Program-made: the position numbers and the translations under genes | Shown: one piece after another, positions 13,320-26,559 of the stretch | Layout: every line of letters starts with the position of its first letter | Numbering within the stretch: the stretch's first letter is position 1 | The notes under the pieces: model-generated | Database searches by the model: none | Told to the model about the DNA's origin: nothing | Seen by the model: the letters and a program-made list of their open reading frames with translations, nothing else | Source: Octopus sinensis | Lineage: Eukaryota | Length of the DNA stretch: 64,000 bases | Direction of reading: 5' to 3' | NCBI RefSeq assembly: GCF_006345805.1 | Contig: NC_042998.1 | Coordinates: 191,952,001 to 192,016,000, forward strand

Positions 13320-15443
13320 CATATAGTAAAATAGAATGGTTAAAAGATAGCATAGAACTGCATTATGCGCTCGCACTCATAGTGAACTGAGGAGAAATTT
13401 CAAATACATAATTCGTTGCAACTCTACTTTTATAATATCTAGAGTTGTAGGAATTATTTAATCGTTGTTGTTGTGGCTCAACATATACTTGGACACATAT
13501 ATACATATTTATATATTGAAACACATGCCTACATAAATATATATATATATATATACATAAATAAATAAGTTATGTATTTGATATATTTGTTTGATGTAAG
13601 AAAACACCGCAATCCTATTTTTTTTGTCTTATTTTATGTCCTCGTGTAGACATATTCATCCGCTACACACCATTGGAAATATTTCTAGAATCCCTCCACT
13701 TATAATGTAAGTTTTATCAATGCGAAATACAGTGCTGTTTCACACTAATGTTTTGAAGCTTTTAATGATCGATGATTTCCTAAACTCTTTCATAAATGCT
13801 TAATGTCAATATAGGACTATATAATATTTTTGTTGTTTTTTGTACGAACTTATTTTGTTTGTAATCATAATGACATAGAATATTTTTATAATGGGTTCCA
13901 TGTTGTACGTCTACTTGTCATTAATAACAAAGTTCCAGGTTAAAGTAGAATCTAATTCTATTGATGCTTCCTTTTGTTCAGAACCATTTTGGAAAATGAA
14001 ATGCATTAAAATGAATTCACTGAGTTAAAATTGAAAGCTTAAGCGAATTATTAAAGGGAATTGAAGTGATAGAATAAAGTTAGGAAGGTTATTAATTCTA
14101 TAAAAAAAAAAAAAGAAAAATATGCTTCCGTATTTTACGTGCATAATTTTTAAATACATTATTATTCAGTATTCGCATTTCTGCTTACATATAGAAACGA
14201 CATAATATTGAACATTCATTGTCAACGTAAAGTAGGTTATTATGCTAGAATCGAATATGATAGAAATCTGACAACCCCAACTGTTTCCGAAGTGTTTTTC
14301 CTGAATGGGGTTTCATGTAAAAAGTTGCAAGAATGAGTAATGGATAATTAGAGGAAAAACATTAGAGGAAAATATATGAATAGAAAAGAATTAAAAAAAA
14401 AAGAAGAAGAAAGAAAATTAAAACAATATATGTTTATTTTCCACCAGAAATATATCACCGTACTTTACTGGACATTTATATATTTTAATAAAAGCGCTTT
14501 TATCGAAATGCGAGTTGCAGGATTGGAAAAATATATGAATCGTTTCACGTATATAACTGCAGCGTATATTAGAATATAACATGTCTGTATGTTTATTTAG
14601 AAGAAGTATTCATTGACTGGCTAGTTACTTAATATCTTTATTTCTTAATCGATACTATACCAAGGATTTGATGATAGGACATATTTGTATGTTTTAAGCA
14701 AAGTGTAGAAACAGACTGAAAGAAGCTAAGAGAAAAGAAGCAAAGTGAGAGCTAGTATCACTTATCTCTAGATTGTTATTCTTTTTCGTCATACCGTTTA
14801 GCCAGTGTCAATATTTAATTTAAAATATACAAATGTATTCTGTATTTAATATATCGATGTAATCACAAATTATAGCGAATTATATTCAATTGAATAGTCT
14901 CTAAGGAGTCACTAAAGTTTACTTTAACGACTATACATAAAAGTCGAAGTCGATAATACCTGCTTTGAAAGCTAGAGTGTAGAGGGAGAAAACTATATAA
15001 ACGATGCATTTAGTTCGGTCTGCTAACATCCTTGTGTATTAAGACCACCAGTTAACGAGAACCTTTACGTAGCCATCCTGCGTGTGGGAAATAGAAATTG
15101 CATCCATTGTCACATAAGTCGAAAGACGTCTTATTTCATACTGTATACTTGGATAAATTATGCTCGAAAAATAAGCAGGATGGTCATAACTGGAACAACA
15201 GTGATAATCATAGGCCTGCTGGTGTAGAGGTTAGTAAGAACAACAATATCAAAAGTTCCACTCCAAGTTGTACAAAATATAATTTTCTCTACAATGATAT
15301 TTGAATTATGAGCAAATAATTTATACATATCAGAGAATAATACTGTGTTAAATTCTATTACTTTGCATAAAGCAATAGCCTTCTAATTAATTAATATATA
15401 ACAATTTATTACCTGAGATTAAAATATTCCCATTTATATAGTA

Positions 15444-15828
15444 CTAGCAGTATCGCCCGGCGTTGCTCAGGTTTGTAAGGGAAATAACTATAAAGCATTT
15501 TTAGAGAGTTATAGCCAAAAAATAGCAATAAAATGGAAAAAAATGATGGTAAATTTTTTTTGAGAGTTAAAAAAGGATGGAGTTGCGTCCCCTAGACAGT
15601 TTGTGGTTCGTGTTTATGATTCTCGACCCCATGTCGAATTTATCGATTTTTTTCAGAACTGGGGAAACTTTTCAAAATTTTGGCTGCGTTAGTTTTGAAT
15701 TATGACATTGGGCTATGTGTGTGTCAAGTTTCATCAGAATCGGTTGAAAGCCGTGGGTAGGGTGAGGGTACAAGCAAACAGACACACAGAAACACGCACA
15801 GACAAACTGCCGTTTATATATAGAGAGA
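15444..15828 (-). mobile_element. Non-autonomous Helitron-like element, third (mosaic) type
   Basis: Minus strand A|TCTCTCTATATATAAACGG ... CTGAGCAACGCCGGGCGATACTGCTAG|T. The 3' ~100 bp match 1105-1496; the 5' part does not. Confidence 0.8.
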
Positions 15829-16171
15829 TTCCCATCTATATAATATTAAATTCAGACATATACACTCATTTTAGATACGAGTTTAGGTATATTGTGTCAA
15901 CATGGTGAGCATTTTATAACTCTGCCAACGCGTGATACATAAACGTGTTGACGCATACACGCATACATTAGCACACACGCATGCACACGAACACACAATC
16001 ATACGCCCATACATACATGCAAACATGCAAACGTAGATTTATACGCACACATATGTGTGATTTTATATAGCTATTTTCGTACACCAAACGAGTGAAAGTT
16101 TTTACAGTATTAGTGTTACAGTTTAGACATTAAAGCAGAAGCTGATTCTTCTCCGCGTAATCTAGGCTACT

Positions 16172-16430
16172 TCAAATCAAATGCGCCATTTTAAAGCCTA
16201 GCCAGGCTCATGGGCCCGGTTTCCCGGTTTAAATGGCGTATGTGTTCCCCAGCTGGACGGGACGCCAGTCCATCGCAGCGTTACTCATTTTTGCCAGCTG
16301 AGTGGACTGGAGCAACGTGAAATGAAGTGTTTTGCTCAAGAACACAATGCGTCGCCCGGTCCAGGAATCGAAACCACAATCTCACGATCATGATGCCGAC
16401 AGCCTAACCACTAAGCCACGTGCCTCCACA
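16172..16430 (-). mobile_element. tRNA-derived SINE, head D + tail beta
   Basis: Head GTGGAGGCACGTGGCTTAGTGG, body GTTGCTCCAGTCCACTCAGCTG and GCGATGGACTGGCGTCCCGTCCAG (V-SINE-like). Imperfect ~13-bp TSD ending aggctact. Confidence 0.85.
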
Positions 16431-17100
16431 AATTAAGGCTACTAGAAAACATGAAATAAGGCAACTCTCATTCTTCAGTAGTGACTGGCTACATGGTCAG
16501 AACATGTTCGAGCAAGAGCTGTTGACATTGCAGCATCATTCTTTGTAAGTTGATGCTGGTTACTTTTATGATGAGCAGACAGAAGATAACGACAGTCAGT
16601 TGACTTTACGGGAAACGACGTTGTCCCGTACTAATTCGAAAATTAACTACCGACTCATACTGTGACGACAAAAGCATAACATTTGGCACCTCTTATTCGC
16701 AGAGTCTAGTGCTCATATGAGAATATCAAATTTCTAGGAGAAACGTTCGATCCTTTTTCTTCAACCACTGCCCTATATGTGTACTATTTCTGTGGATATT
16801 CAAGGCTAATGCTCAATTTTGAGAAACTCCGAAGTCGATATGCGAAATTAGCTGCACCAGTTAATGGAAAAAACAAATATTTGTATTCTATTTTGAATGT
16901 ATTTTCACTATGTCCTCATAAATCCTATCAATGGCAACGTGTGTGCTATATTTTCTATACATAACACTGCATTAGTGATTAATTCTGGATAACATACATG
17001 CATGCGTGCATACATATATACATACAGTCACCATAATAGATCGTTAGCCATTACACACATTTTTTCTCTCCCTTTTTCTCTCCTTGGTTTTTCTGAGTCC

Positions 17101-17138
17101 CTTTCTGTAGAAGAGCGTAGGCTCGAAACGTAAAAGAC
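17101..17138 (+). ncRNA. Minimal type-I hammerhead-like motif (variant core), copy 1
   Basis: Stem I CUUU/AAAG; core CUGUAGA+A (A6U, extra 9b); stem II GAGC-GUAG-GCUC; GAAAC; palindromic ACGU stem III; predicted GUA cleavage after 17132. Confidence 0.55.
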
Positions 17139-17292
17139 TTTATCTATTCCTGAGCGTTATACTAATACATCTGTTTGTTTTGTACACCACTTGTCTTTGT
17201 CTTTTGTTTTTTGTTTTTTTCTTAAACTCTCCCTATACATACATACATACATAATAATGCATACACACATACATACATACTACATACATACA

Positions 17293-17324
<32 letters not shown>

Positions 17325-17404
17325 CATACAGTCACCATAATAGATCGTTAGCCATTACACACATTTTTTCTCTCCCTTTTTCTCTCCTTGGTTTTTCTGA
17401 GTCC

Positions 17405-17442
17405 CTTTCTGTAGAAGAGCGTAGGCTCGAAACGTAAAAGAC
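17405..17442 (+). ncRNA. Minimal type-I hammerhead-like motif, copy 2
   Basis: Identical to 17101-17138, 304 nt downstream. Confidence 0.55.
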
Positions 17443-17644
17443 TTTATCTATTCCTGAGCGTTATACTAATACATCTGTTTGTTTTGTACACCACTTGTCT
17501 TTGTCTTTTGTTTTTTGTTTTTTTCTTAAACTCTCCCTATACATACATACATACATAATAATGCATACACACATACATACATACATACATACATACATAC
17601 ATACATACATACATACATACATACATACATACATACATAATACA

Positions 17645-17676
<32 letters not shown>

Positions 17677-17773
17677 AAGTATTGAGACCAATCAATCGAG
17701 ATTCAAGCAGCAAGCCTGTAAAGCATAGACACGTAACTTGAAAAATAAAATGTCAATCTAGTGAGAATGTATC

Positions 17774-18064
17774 TCACAGATCGTTTGGTTTGTTGTATGT
17801 CTCCACCATCCTGATTTTGTTACCAGCTTTGACCTTCCGTAAATCCCAAATTTTATTTTGGTTCGCTGGAGCAGCTGCCTTTCGAAGCCTCATAATATCG
17901 TTAAATGCTCGAAATGAAGAGTAGATGGACAGCCGACAACTGATGAAGGGTCGTTCTTTATGTTCTTTGTCTTGTTTTCCATTTGTTTCTCTTGCTATTT
18001 CCATACCCAAGTTTTTCTTCGTATTTCATGTTGTTTACCTTTTGTGACGTCCTGTAGCCATATA

Positions 18065-18151
<87 letters not shown>

Positions 18152-18193
18152 TGTGTGTGTGTGTGTGTGTATAAATACATATATATATATATG

Positions 18194-18240
<47 letters not shown>

Positions 18241-18243
18241 TAT

Positions 18244-18339
<96 letters not shown>

Positions 18340-18370
18340 TGTGTATGTATGTACATATATGTATGTATAT
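17774..18370 (+). repeat. Interspersed repeat with hammerhead-like motif, T-rich tract and (TA)/(TG) microsatellite (Penelope pLTR-like)
   Basis: The segment tcttcgtatttcatgttgtttac...gtgacgtcctgtagccatatatgc recurs at ~12377-12427; contains GAAA...GTA...CTGATGAA. Confidence 0.5.
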
Positions 18371-19387
18371 ATGAATCCTTTTTTATCTGTCAACAACCAA
18401 TCATACGGTACTTTGAATACTTTGTGTTGTCTCAGGAATATTTACTCGATAATGAAATTGCATACGTGAATAACCTAGAACTATACAATAGAGATAATAT
18501 GTGGCGATGTTATTACAGCGATTTCATTAGGGATTGAAGTAAACAAGTTGCAATATATAAAGTGGCCTCCCGTATACTTCAGCATTCATAAAACGATTCG
18601 TTATAAGTATTTTACACAGCAACCTACCAGTGTCATGATATATAAGCTTTTCTTTTCCCAATTACTGCTATTATAAAATTTTCCATCAGATTTAGAGTTA
18701 TAGAGTGCGCATTCCAAATATATTTTATATATAATGGATCGGTTTTTTGATTCAGCGACTAATTGTTTAGAAACCAGATTTATGCCTTATTATTTTTGTG
18801 TTGTCGTGGTTCAGTCATGAGCGTGCAGACCAATTGTGGAAGTTGTTCTAGTGAAACAACACCGAAGAGATTATCATGTGTGTTGTTGTTATTGTTAAGC
18901 TAACGTGAAATCTCATTCAGTAGACGTTTTACCATAACCAAAACGTCTGTTTATACATACATGATATATCTAGATCTACAATATCGAATGTCATTTTTTA
19001 TGTATAAATTTTAAGACAACTGGGAGTAATTGAAAGAGACACGGGTTTTTTTTTATGGCAGATCAAGTGGCAGAATCAGACTTCTTACAAAATTCTTTGG
19101 GTAATTGAACTGTAATAGTTTAAGCGCTGAATCCAAATCCTGTCAGAGTCAAATCCCGAAATTTACACAAAAATTCTAGTCGAGGTCCAGATCGATTACA
19201 CCTATGATTCAAGCCCGATTTTATATTCCAGGATTAAATTGCTGCTATTTCTAGCTAGTCTCTCATCAGGCTACCTCACTGGTTCAGCGATACCTGTGGC
19301 ATTTAAATTTCCCTCATACCTCTCACAAATATATTGGTATCACATGTTGGTTAAACATCATGTTAAATAATCAATACTAGTCATAGA

Positions 19388-20210
19388 AAGACCTATACAA
19401 GACCTATAACGTTAAGACCTATACAAGACCAATACAAGACCTATAAGGTTAAGACCTATACAAGACATATAACGTTAAGACCTATACAAGACCTATACAA
19501 GACATATAACGTTAAGACCTATACAAGACATATAACGTTAAGACCTATACAAGACCTGTAACGTTAAGACCTATACAAGACCAATACAAGACCTATAAGG
19601 TTAAGACCTATACAAGACATATAACGTTAAGACCTATACAAGACCTATACAAGACATATAACGTTAAGACCTATACAAGACCTATAACGTTAAGACCTAT
19701 ACAAGACCAATACAAGACCTATAAGGTTAAGACCTATACAAGACATATAACGTTAAGACCTATACAAGACCTATACAAGACATATAACGTTAAGACCTAT
19801 ACAAGACATATAACGTTAAGACCTATACAAGACCTATAACGTTAAGACCTATACAAGACCTATACAAGACATATAACGTTAAGACCTATACAAGACATAT
19901 AACGTTAAGACCTATACAAGACATATAACGTTAAGACCTATACAAGACCTATACAAGACATATAACGTTAAGACCTATACAAGACATATAACGTTAAGAC
20001 CTATACAAGACATATAACGTTAAGACCTATACAAGACCTATACAAGACATATAACGTTAAGACCTATACAAGACCTATACAAGACATATAACGTTAAGAC
20101 CTATACAAGACATATAACGTTAAGACCTATACAAGACCTATACAAGACCTATAACGTTAAGACCTATACAAGACCTGTAACGTTAAGACCTATACAAGAC
20201 TTATAACATT
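19388..20210 (+). repeat. Two-monomer minisatellite: 38 x 11-bp AAGACCTATAC and 27 x 15-bp AAGACATATAACGTT (with variants)
   Basis: Full manual parse; 38x11 + 27x15 = 823 bp, matching the span exactly. Confidence 0.97.
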
Positions 20211-20444
20211 AAGAGGAAGGGCTCCAAGACAGGGCTGAGTACAAAAAACGTATTCGATCCTAGAAAGTATTCAGTGCTTATTATATCAAAATCCAGAATA
20301 ACAGAATGCAAAGAAGATAGTATGATTTGAACTCTCAGAATTTAGGGACATATGTAGTTGCAAGAAACTAATTGATCTGCCCGTCGTTCGTTCTGACGCT
20401 TCAGTCATACGTACATTCCAATTATTGCTTTCGAATTTTGGCAT

Positions 20445-20660
20445 AGGGCCACCTTTCGGGGGAAGAGATAAGTCGATTACATCGACCCTAGTGCTTAACT
20501 AGTACATATTTTATCGACCTGTAAAGGATGACAACTAGTACTTCTGTAATCGACCCGTAGAGAATGAAAAAAATCGACCTTGGCGGAATTTGAACTGAGA
20601 AGACAAAATACCGATTAGCATTTTTCCCGGGGTGCAAACCATTCTGCCACCTCACCACCA
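20445..20660 (-). mobile_element. Old SINE family B copy (tail b)
   Basis: Degenerate ATCGACC...AAAGGATGA...TCGACCTTGGCGGAATTTGAACT, with an internal duplication. Confidence 0.65.
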
Positions 20661-20825
20661 TATTTCAATTATTAATTGTCATACCGATTACTATTGAAGA
20701 ATGATGATCAGAGTCATATGATCGATAATAACGATGTCGATGATGATCGTATTAATGGCGATGATGACAATGCAGATGACGTTGGTGATGATGATGATGA
20801 TGATTTCATACAGCGGAATACTTAC

Positions 20826-20898
20826 TTCCGCTGCACTTATTTGTCCAACATATGAAATATTTGGAGATAATTCGCCAGAAATCGTATCTGATATTTGC
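20826..20898 (-). CDS. Weak candidate 73-nt exon
   Basis: tgcag|GCAAAT...GCGGAA|gtaagtat; two open frames; poor polypyrimidine tract. Confidence 0.15.
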
Positions 20899-20948
20899 CT
20901 GCATTTAATGTGATATTTATGTAATGATATATATATTTATATATTTAT

Positions 20949-21011
<63 letters not shown>

Positions 21012-21017
21012 CATATG

Positions 21018-21082
<65 letters not shown>

Positions 21083-23152
21083 GGTATTTACTTTATTATT
21101 CTCTTTTATTTCGGGTGGCAAGATATTTACTGATAATACGTGTGTGATGAGACGACAGAATATGATACCAAAAAGAAAATGTCTTTTGAAAATGTTAGGT
21201 TTCACACACACACACACACACACACATACACACACACACATACACACACACATACACACACAAAATATATACTGATTCAAAGTAAATACACTTTGATCAG
21301 TATTAACTTTGGTCATCTGCAATAAACATCCTTTTACGTTCGTATGTTTCTTTGAGTATAGAATGCTCTCACAAAACTATATTACAAATCAAGAATCTTA
21401 TTCACCACGCCGCTATCTCTGGTAAGATGCTGACGTCGAACATAATAGAGTAATTTATTTTCTGGTTATGTATAATATATTATTTATTGGACCTATAAAA
21501 TGATCTATATCAAGAATATAGACTCTTCTGCGAGAAAGGAATGTACAAGTAAATATTTTAAGCAAGTAATAATAAAGTTGCTCTTTATATCTCTTAATAC
21601 TCCACCCAGCTTTAGTCGAAAAATGTCTTCGTATTATTTTATTCTTCTTTTATTATTCTCGTGAGATTTTCCTCTGTCGTACTTTTTCTGTCACATATAT
21701 TTTCAGATCACAGAAACGCTACTAGCATTATAGATTCTTTCGTTATAATCTAAAAGAATGAAAAAAAAAATGTTGTTTATGAGTATATGCTTCTTTCTAC
21801 TATGTTATATATTTATTTATTTTTTTATATTTGGATATTTCGGTTCTATTCTTTGAATACAAATGCTATACGTTTTTCTGTTTTGATATTTTCCATACTT
21901 TGTCTATAGTTTTAATTTTCATTTTTTTTTCTCTTTTTGTGCATATTGCTTTGTTTTTCTTCGCAACTGAAACATACGTGAGTCTACTTTTACATTACAT
22001 CGTTTGGAATGACATACGTTCATTTTTGAATAACTTCTTAATTATATTTTCTTCCACAATATAAAACGTTCCTGTTTGATATAGAATGTGATATGATAGA
22101 TCATTTTAAGCAACTCTTGTTTATACAATTGCAACTAGTGGTATTAGTGTCAATTGGTATATCATATCGGGTACGAGATGGCATAGTCTATTATAGATAG
22201 TAATTTTGATTGTAAGGATACTCGACTGGATTAGCATAATCAATAGAACGTCGGAAAATGTCTTGCCCAGTATACAAATCCTGCTGGACTCAAATTTGAT
22301 TTTCTTTCATACGGTTCAATAACAGTGCATTATTTATGTACTGGGATTGAAGTAATCGACTGTTCCAAAGAGTGTGGCGGAGTGCCTATATCAGAAATCC
22401 ATATGAATTTAATTTTTAAAAAATGACGTCTATGACAATCGACTAGTGCTCTTCCTTTCTACAGTCTTGATATTATGCCAATGCAATGATTTATTTTTAT
22501 GCTACTAGAGTTCAATCGGTTGATAAAAATAGTTTAGTATGCAATATTTCTGCATAGAACACATGAGGACTGAAAAAACAACGTATATTTCAAATTCACG
22601 GAACAACGTTTTAGTTTAAGATATCTGGTTTCAAAATTAGTTACTAAAATATGTGAAATTATTATATACCTTTAATGCATGCCTCTGATGACTTACATCG
22701 GTAAAGTAAAATTAAAGCAGGATTTGAAAGGTAAAACACAGTTAAAGATTAAAATTAAAATTAAATCTGGAAAGCAGTACTAATAGCCATTAGAAAGTTG
22801 TTGAATTATTAACACTGTCTGTCTTGTGCTCATTTGCCAAGATAGTAGAATAAGTACTTGATGCAAATATTTGAATAATTGTTTGGCTTCTTGCCCATTT
22901 CGAATGTACATCAGACTTCCACTTGAAAACTGATAAAGAGATGCTGCAAGAAGAGAAAAGAATAATAAGAAATAATGTTGTTTTTACAACATGTCATGAC
23001 TTTTAAAGATATTAGAAAAATAAAATTTATCAAGGATACTATTTTGGCAAGTATTTCGGAGAACTGAGAAAACAAGAAGTATTGGGAAAACTACAGATTG
23101 ATAGATAGTGATGGTGTGTATTCTTCAGATATTCCAAACATAAACAGAAGCA

Positions 23153-23185
<33 letters not shown>

Positions 23186-23607
23186 CACACACACACACAC
23201 ACACACATGTATGCATGACTATATATTACGCACAGAAGTTCGAATGAACGTACATGAATACAGGTGTAATGTGTATTTATATATTAGAAGGTTTGGAGAT
23301 GAAGTACAGGTATTATATATTAGAATAAATGAGGTACTCAGAAATCCGGATGGTTTTATATCTACATATATTTATTAGTATGTTACATATTTTTATAGAT
23401 CACATATCATATATTAGCGCTTTCGTCCATTCTAGTGGAGTCTTGTATGTGTGTGTGTGGATTTAAAATGAGGTATAAAATACTCATTGCATATAACAGT
23501 CATTATAAGAGGATGTGACCCATAAGATTAATTCAGGTGATTCATCAGATCTCAATGTCGAGCATTGCATTTGTATGCTTTAGTACAGGTAACAAAGTAA
23601 TACTTAC

Positions 23608-23655
23608 CTCCCCTTTGTGGGGTGTGGTTGGTGCATAGTTATTATAACTCTTGGC
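23608..23655 (-). CDS. Candidate 48-nt symmetric exon of an unidentified minus-strand gene
   Basis: Consensus acceptor tattattttccacag|G and donor GAG|gtaagta; open frames AKSYNNYAPTTPHKGE or PRVIITMHQPHPTKG; GC richer than flanks. Confidence 0.4.
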
Positions 23656-24024
23656 CTGTGGAAAATAATATATTATGCGAAATATGACGTCATAATAATT
23701 AATATTTTCTGTTAACTTTAATCATCTGAAATTAACATGCTATGTCCCCCGTCTTTCGGGGACGAATAGGCTTAGTGCCGAAATATGTAAATTTTATATT
23801 AATATAAATTTTATATAAATATTGTAAATTTTATATTAATATTTGTGTCATTTTATATTTTATATTAATATTGTTGTCATTAGGGAAGCAGAGGGTTGGC
23901 GGGCGCTTTCTGTCTTCTCCCATCCTTATCATCTTATATTATTATCATTCGCTTCATCAATGTCTTGTCCAGCCCGCAAAGCTACACATCTTTGTATTGC
24001 CTCTATGGCAAATTTGATAAAATA

Positions 24025-24163
24025 AAGTAGCTTGCTTACCAACCACATGGTTCCGGGTTCAGTCCCGCTGTGTAGTACCTTGGGCAAGTGTCTTCTACTA
24101 TAGCCCCGGGCCGACCAAAGCCTTGTTAGTGGATTTGTTAGACAGGAACTGAAAGAAGCCCGT

Positions 24164-24214
<51 letters not shown>

Positions 24215-24436
24215 GTATGTTTGTGCGTCTGTGTTTGTCCCCCCCCCCCCAACATCGCTTGACAACCGATGCTGGTGTGTTTACGTCCCCGTAACTTAGC
24301 GGTTCGGCAAAAGATACCGATAGAATAACTACTAGGCTTACAAAGAATAAGTCCTGGAGTTGATTTGCTCGACTAAAGGCGGTGCTCCAGCATGGCCACA
24401 GTCAAATGACTGAAACAAGCAAGGGAGCAAAAGAGT
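24025..24436 (+). mobile_element. SINE family C, 5'-truncated
   Basis: Aligns with 6278-6666 from AAGTAGCTTGC onward, including the 3' hairpin tail. Confidence 0.85.
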
Positions 24437-25415
24437 ATCTAAAGGAAATAATAATGAGCTCCTGGTGTTGACAGGCTTTTGATATATATAAAAAGAAAAA
24501 TAATGTGTTAGGTTTGGGATTCAGAATATCCGCATTCGGCACTCAGCAACTGAACAACATTATTTTCAAGTCTGGAGACTATATAATACGATTGCTTTTA
24601 TTCAATGATTGGTAGCTTCTGTTGTACTTAATAGAATGACGCTCCGCAAAGAAATAATGCTTTGATAAAGAAAAATAATCAAGTGTCTCAGCTTATCAAA
24701 CCACCGACTAAATTGTCGACTATAAGAGAGCCGCTGTTTTATAGCGAGAGAAACAAGACTTTAATACCTTCAATCTTTCAATTATCTTAATCTGTGACAA
24801 CTGAGACTGTGTTCAGATATAACAAAATAAAGCTTTCGTTGGTGCGTTTTGAAAAAGGAAAATTGATAAAGCATTTAATCCGGTTACTACAAAGTGGCTG
24901 ATGTTTGTGTATGTCAGAGTTATTAAAATAACAAGAATAATTTGTACATTAATCAGGATCTACAATCATTCTCAGAACGAAAGCATTATATATGAACTAT
25001 CAGAAAATTATATGATGGTAACAGTCTCTATAAATCAATATAAGGAGTGTTCATTACAATGCACGACACGTTGGAAGATTATGTTTGCACTTTTATACTC
25101 ACGAAAACATATAATTCTATATTTACAAAATATCATTCAATTTATATAGGATTTTCTCCCTTGTCTTCTTATTGTCAGGTTTAATCAGACTTAGAGGGCG
25201 TTATTGATTACTAGTAGCTCTGATAATCGCACATTCGCGGAATTTTTAAGCTATATTAAATACATGGGACCCTGCGGTGCGTGGACATTTTTAATTTGGT
25301 ATGTGTCAGTGTACATGTATATATACCTCCATACAAACACATGTAACTATGTAGATTGGTAGGTAGACATGTAGGTAGACATGTAGGTAGGTAGGTAGGT
25401 AGGTAAGTAGGTAAA

Positions 25416-25651
25416 GGCGGCGAGCTGGTAGAATCTTTAGCACGCCGGGCGGAATACCAAGTGCTGTTTTGTCCGCCGTTACGTTCTGAGTTCAAATTCC
25501 GCCGAGGTCGACTTTGCCTTTCATCCATTCGGGGTCGATTAAATAAGTACCAGTTACGCTCTGGGGTCGATATAATCGATTTAATCCGTTTGTCTGTCCT
25601 TGTTTGTCCTCTCTGTGTTTAGCCCCTTGTGAGCAGTAAAGAAATAGGTAT
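25416..25651 (+). mobile_element. SINE family B (tail a) inserted in a (GTAG)n microsatellite
   Basis: Family B sequence flanked on both sides by GTAG repeats (25360-25735). Confidence 0.85.
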
Positions 25652-26559
25652 CTATGTATGTATGTAGGTAGGTAGTTAGGTAGGTAGTTAGGCAGGTAGG
25701 TAGGTAGGTACGCAAGTAGGCATGTATGTATAAACGAATGGTATGTACATATCAATGTATATGTTTATGTGTGTTTTCGCGAGTGTGTAATATTTGCACG
25801 ATATTTCGGTTTATCTATTTTTTTTCTCTAAAGCTTCTACTACGAAAATCTCAATAACAATGCTAGCAGAATGCTGTTCTTTCCACTGTCAACATTAAAA
25901 GTGGTTCAGATAAAAGGAGAAACCACTACTTTATTTCTACTGATAATATACGTGCTGAAGATTAACTGGAGATTGTACCTAAAGAAAATAAGGTATTATG
26001 TTGCTTGTCTTAGTTCTGATTTTGTTTCGTTTTGTTGTCGATTTTTTTCTTAATTCTAATATTCAGAAAACCGATAGCGTTAAAGCGGTGTCCATAATAC
26101 TTCCAGCGACTTATCCGATACGGACTGGATTGCGTGGCACCAAAAGCGTATAACAGAATCCCTCTGGGGTATTATACAGCAACTTGAAAAACCAAGCCTA
26201 TCTTCTATTAAATGCTGTAAGAGACATTAATACGTATCAATAGGGAAATTATATGAAACACATCTAAATCGTTTCTGTAGATCCAATGACTATCTATTGA
26301 ATATTTCGTTATTTCCAGCTTGAGAAGGAGAATTGTGCGCCTGCCGTTTGTTTTCATAAAGACACATGTGTTGATATATTTTATTAATGCACGGCCACGT
26401 ACACACATATACACACACAAACACGCACTGATGTACACACACACATATGAATATGTGTGTCTGAGCGTGTGATATTCGAGTGTTTCTCACAATATTATCA
26501 AGAAAGCATTTACAAGCGAGGTATTTACAGCGAGTGCGAAATAAACTGGTTTACTTCTT

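Larger units (their letters stand above)
17017..17660 (+). repeat. Tandem duplication, period 304 bp, unit ends in (TACA)n
   Basis: cagtcaccataatag starts at 17025 and 17329; the non-microsatellite part appears identical. Confidence 0.95.

Noticed and set aside
19388-20210. CRISPR array
   Set aside because: No unique spacers, no cas genes, eukaryotic context.
19245-22700. CTGATGA at ~19263-19269 (minus) and ~22685 (plus) as hammerheads
   Set aside because: No properly paired stem II followed by GAAA, stem III and cleavage triplet.
23600-23609. U1 snRNA 5' end (ATACTTACCT)
   Set aside because: No downstream U1 similarity; it is the complement of a minus-strand splice donor.
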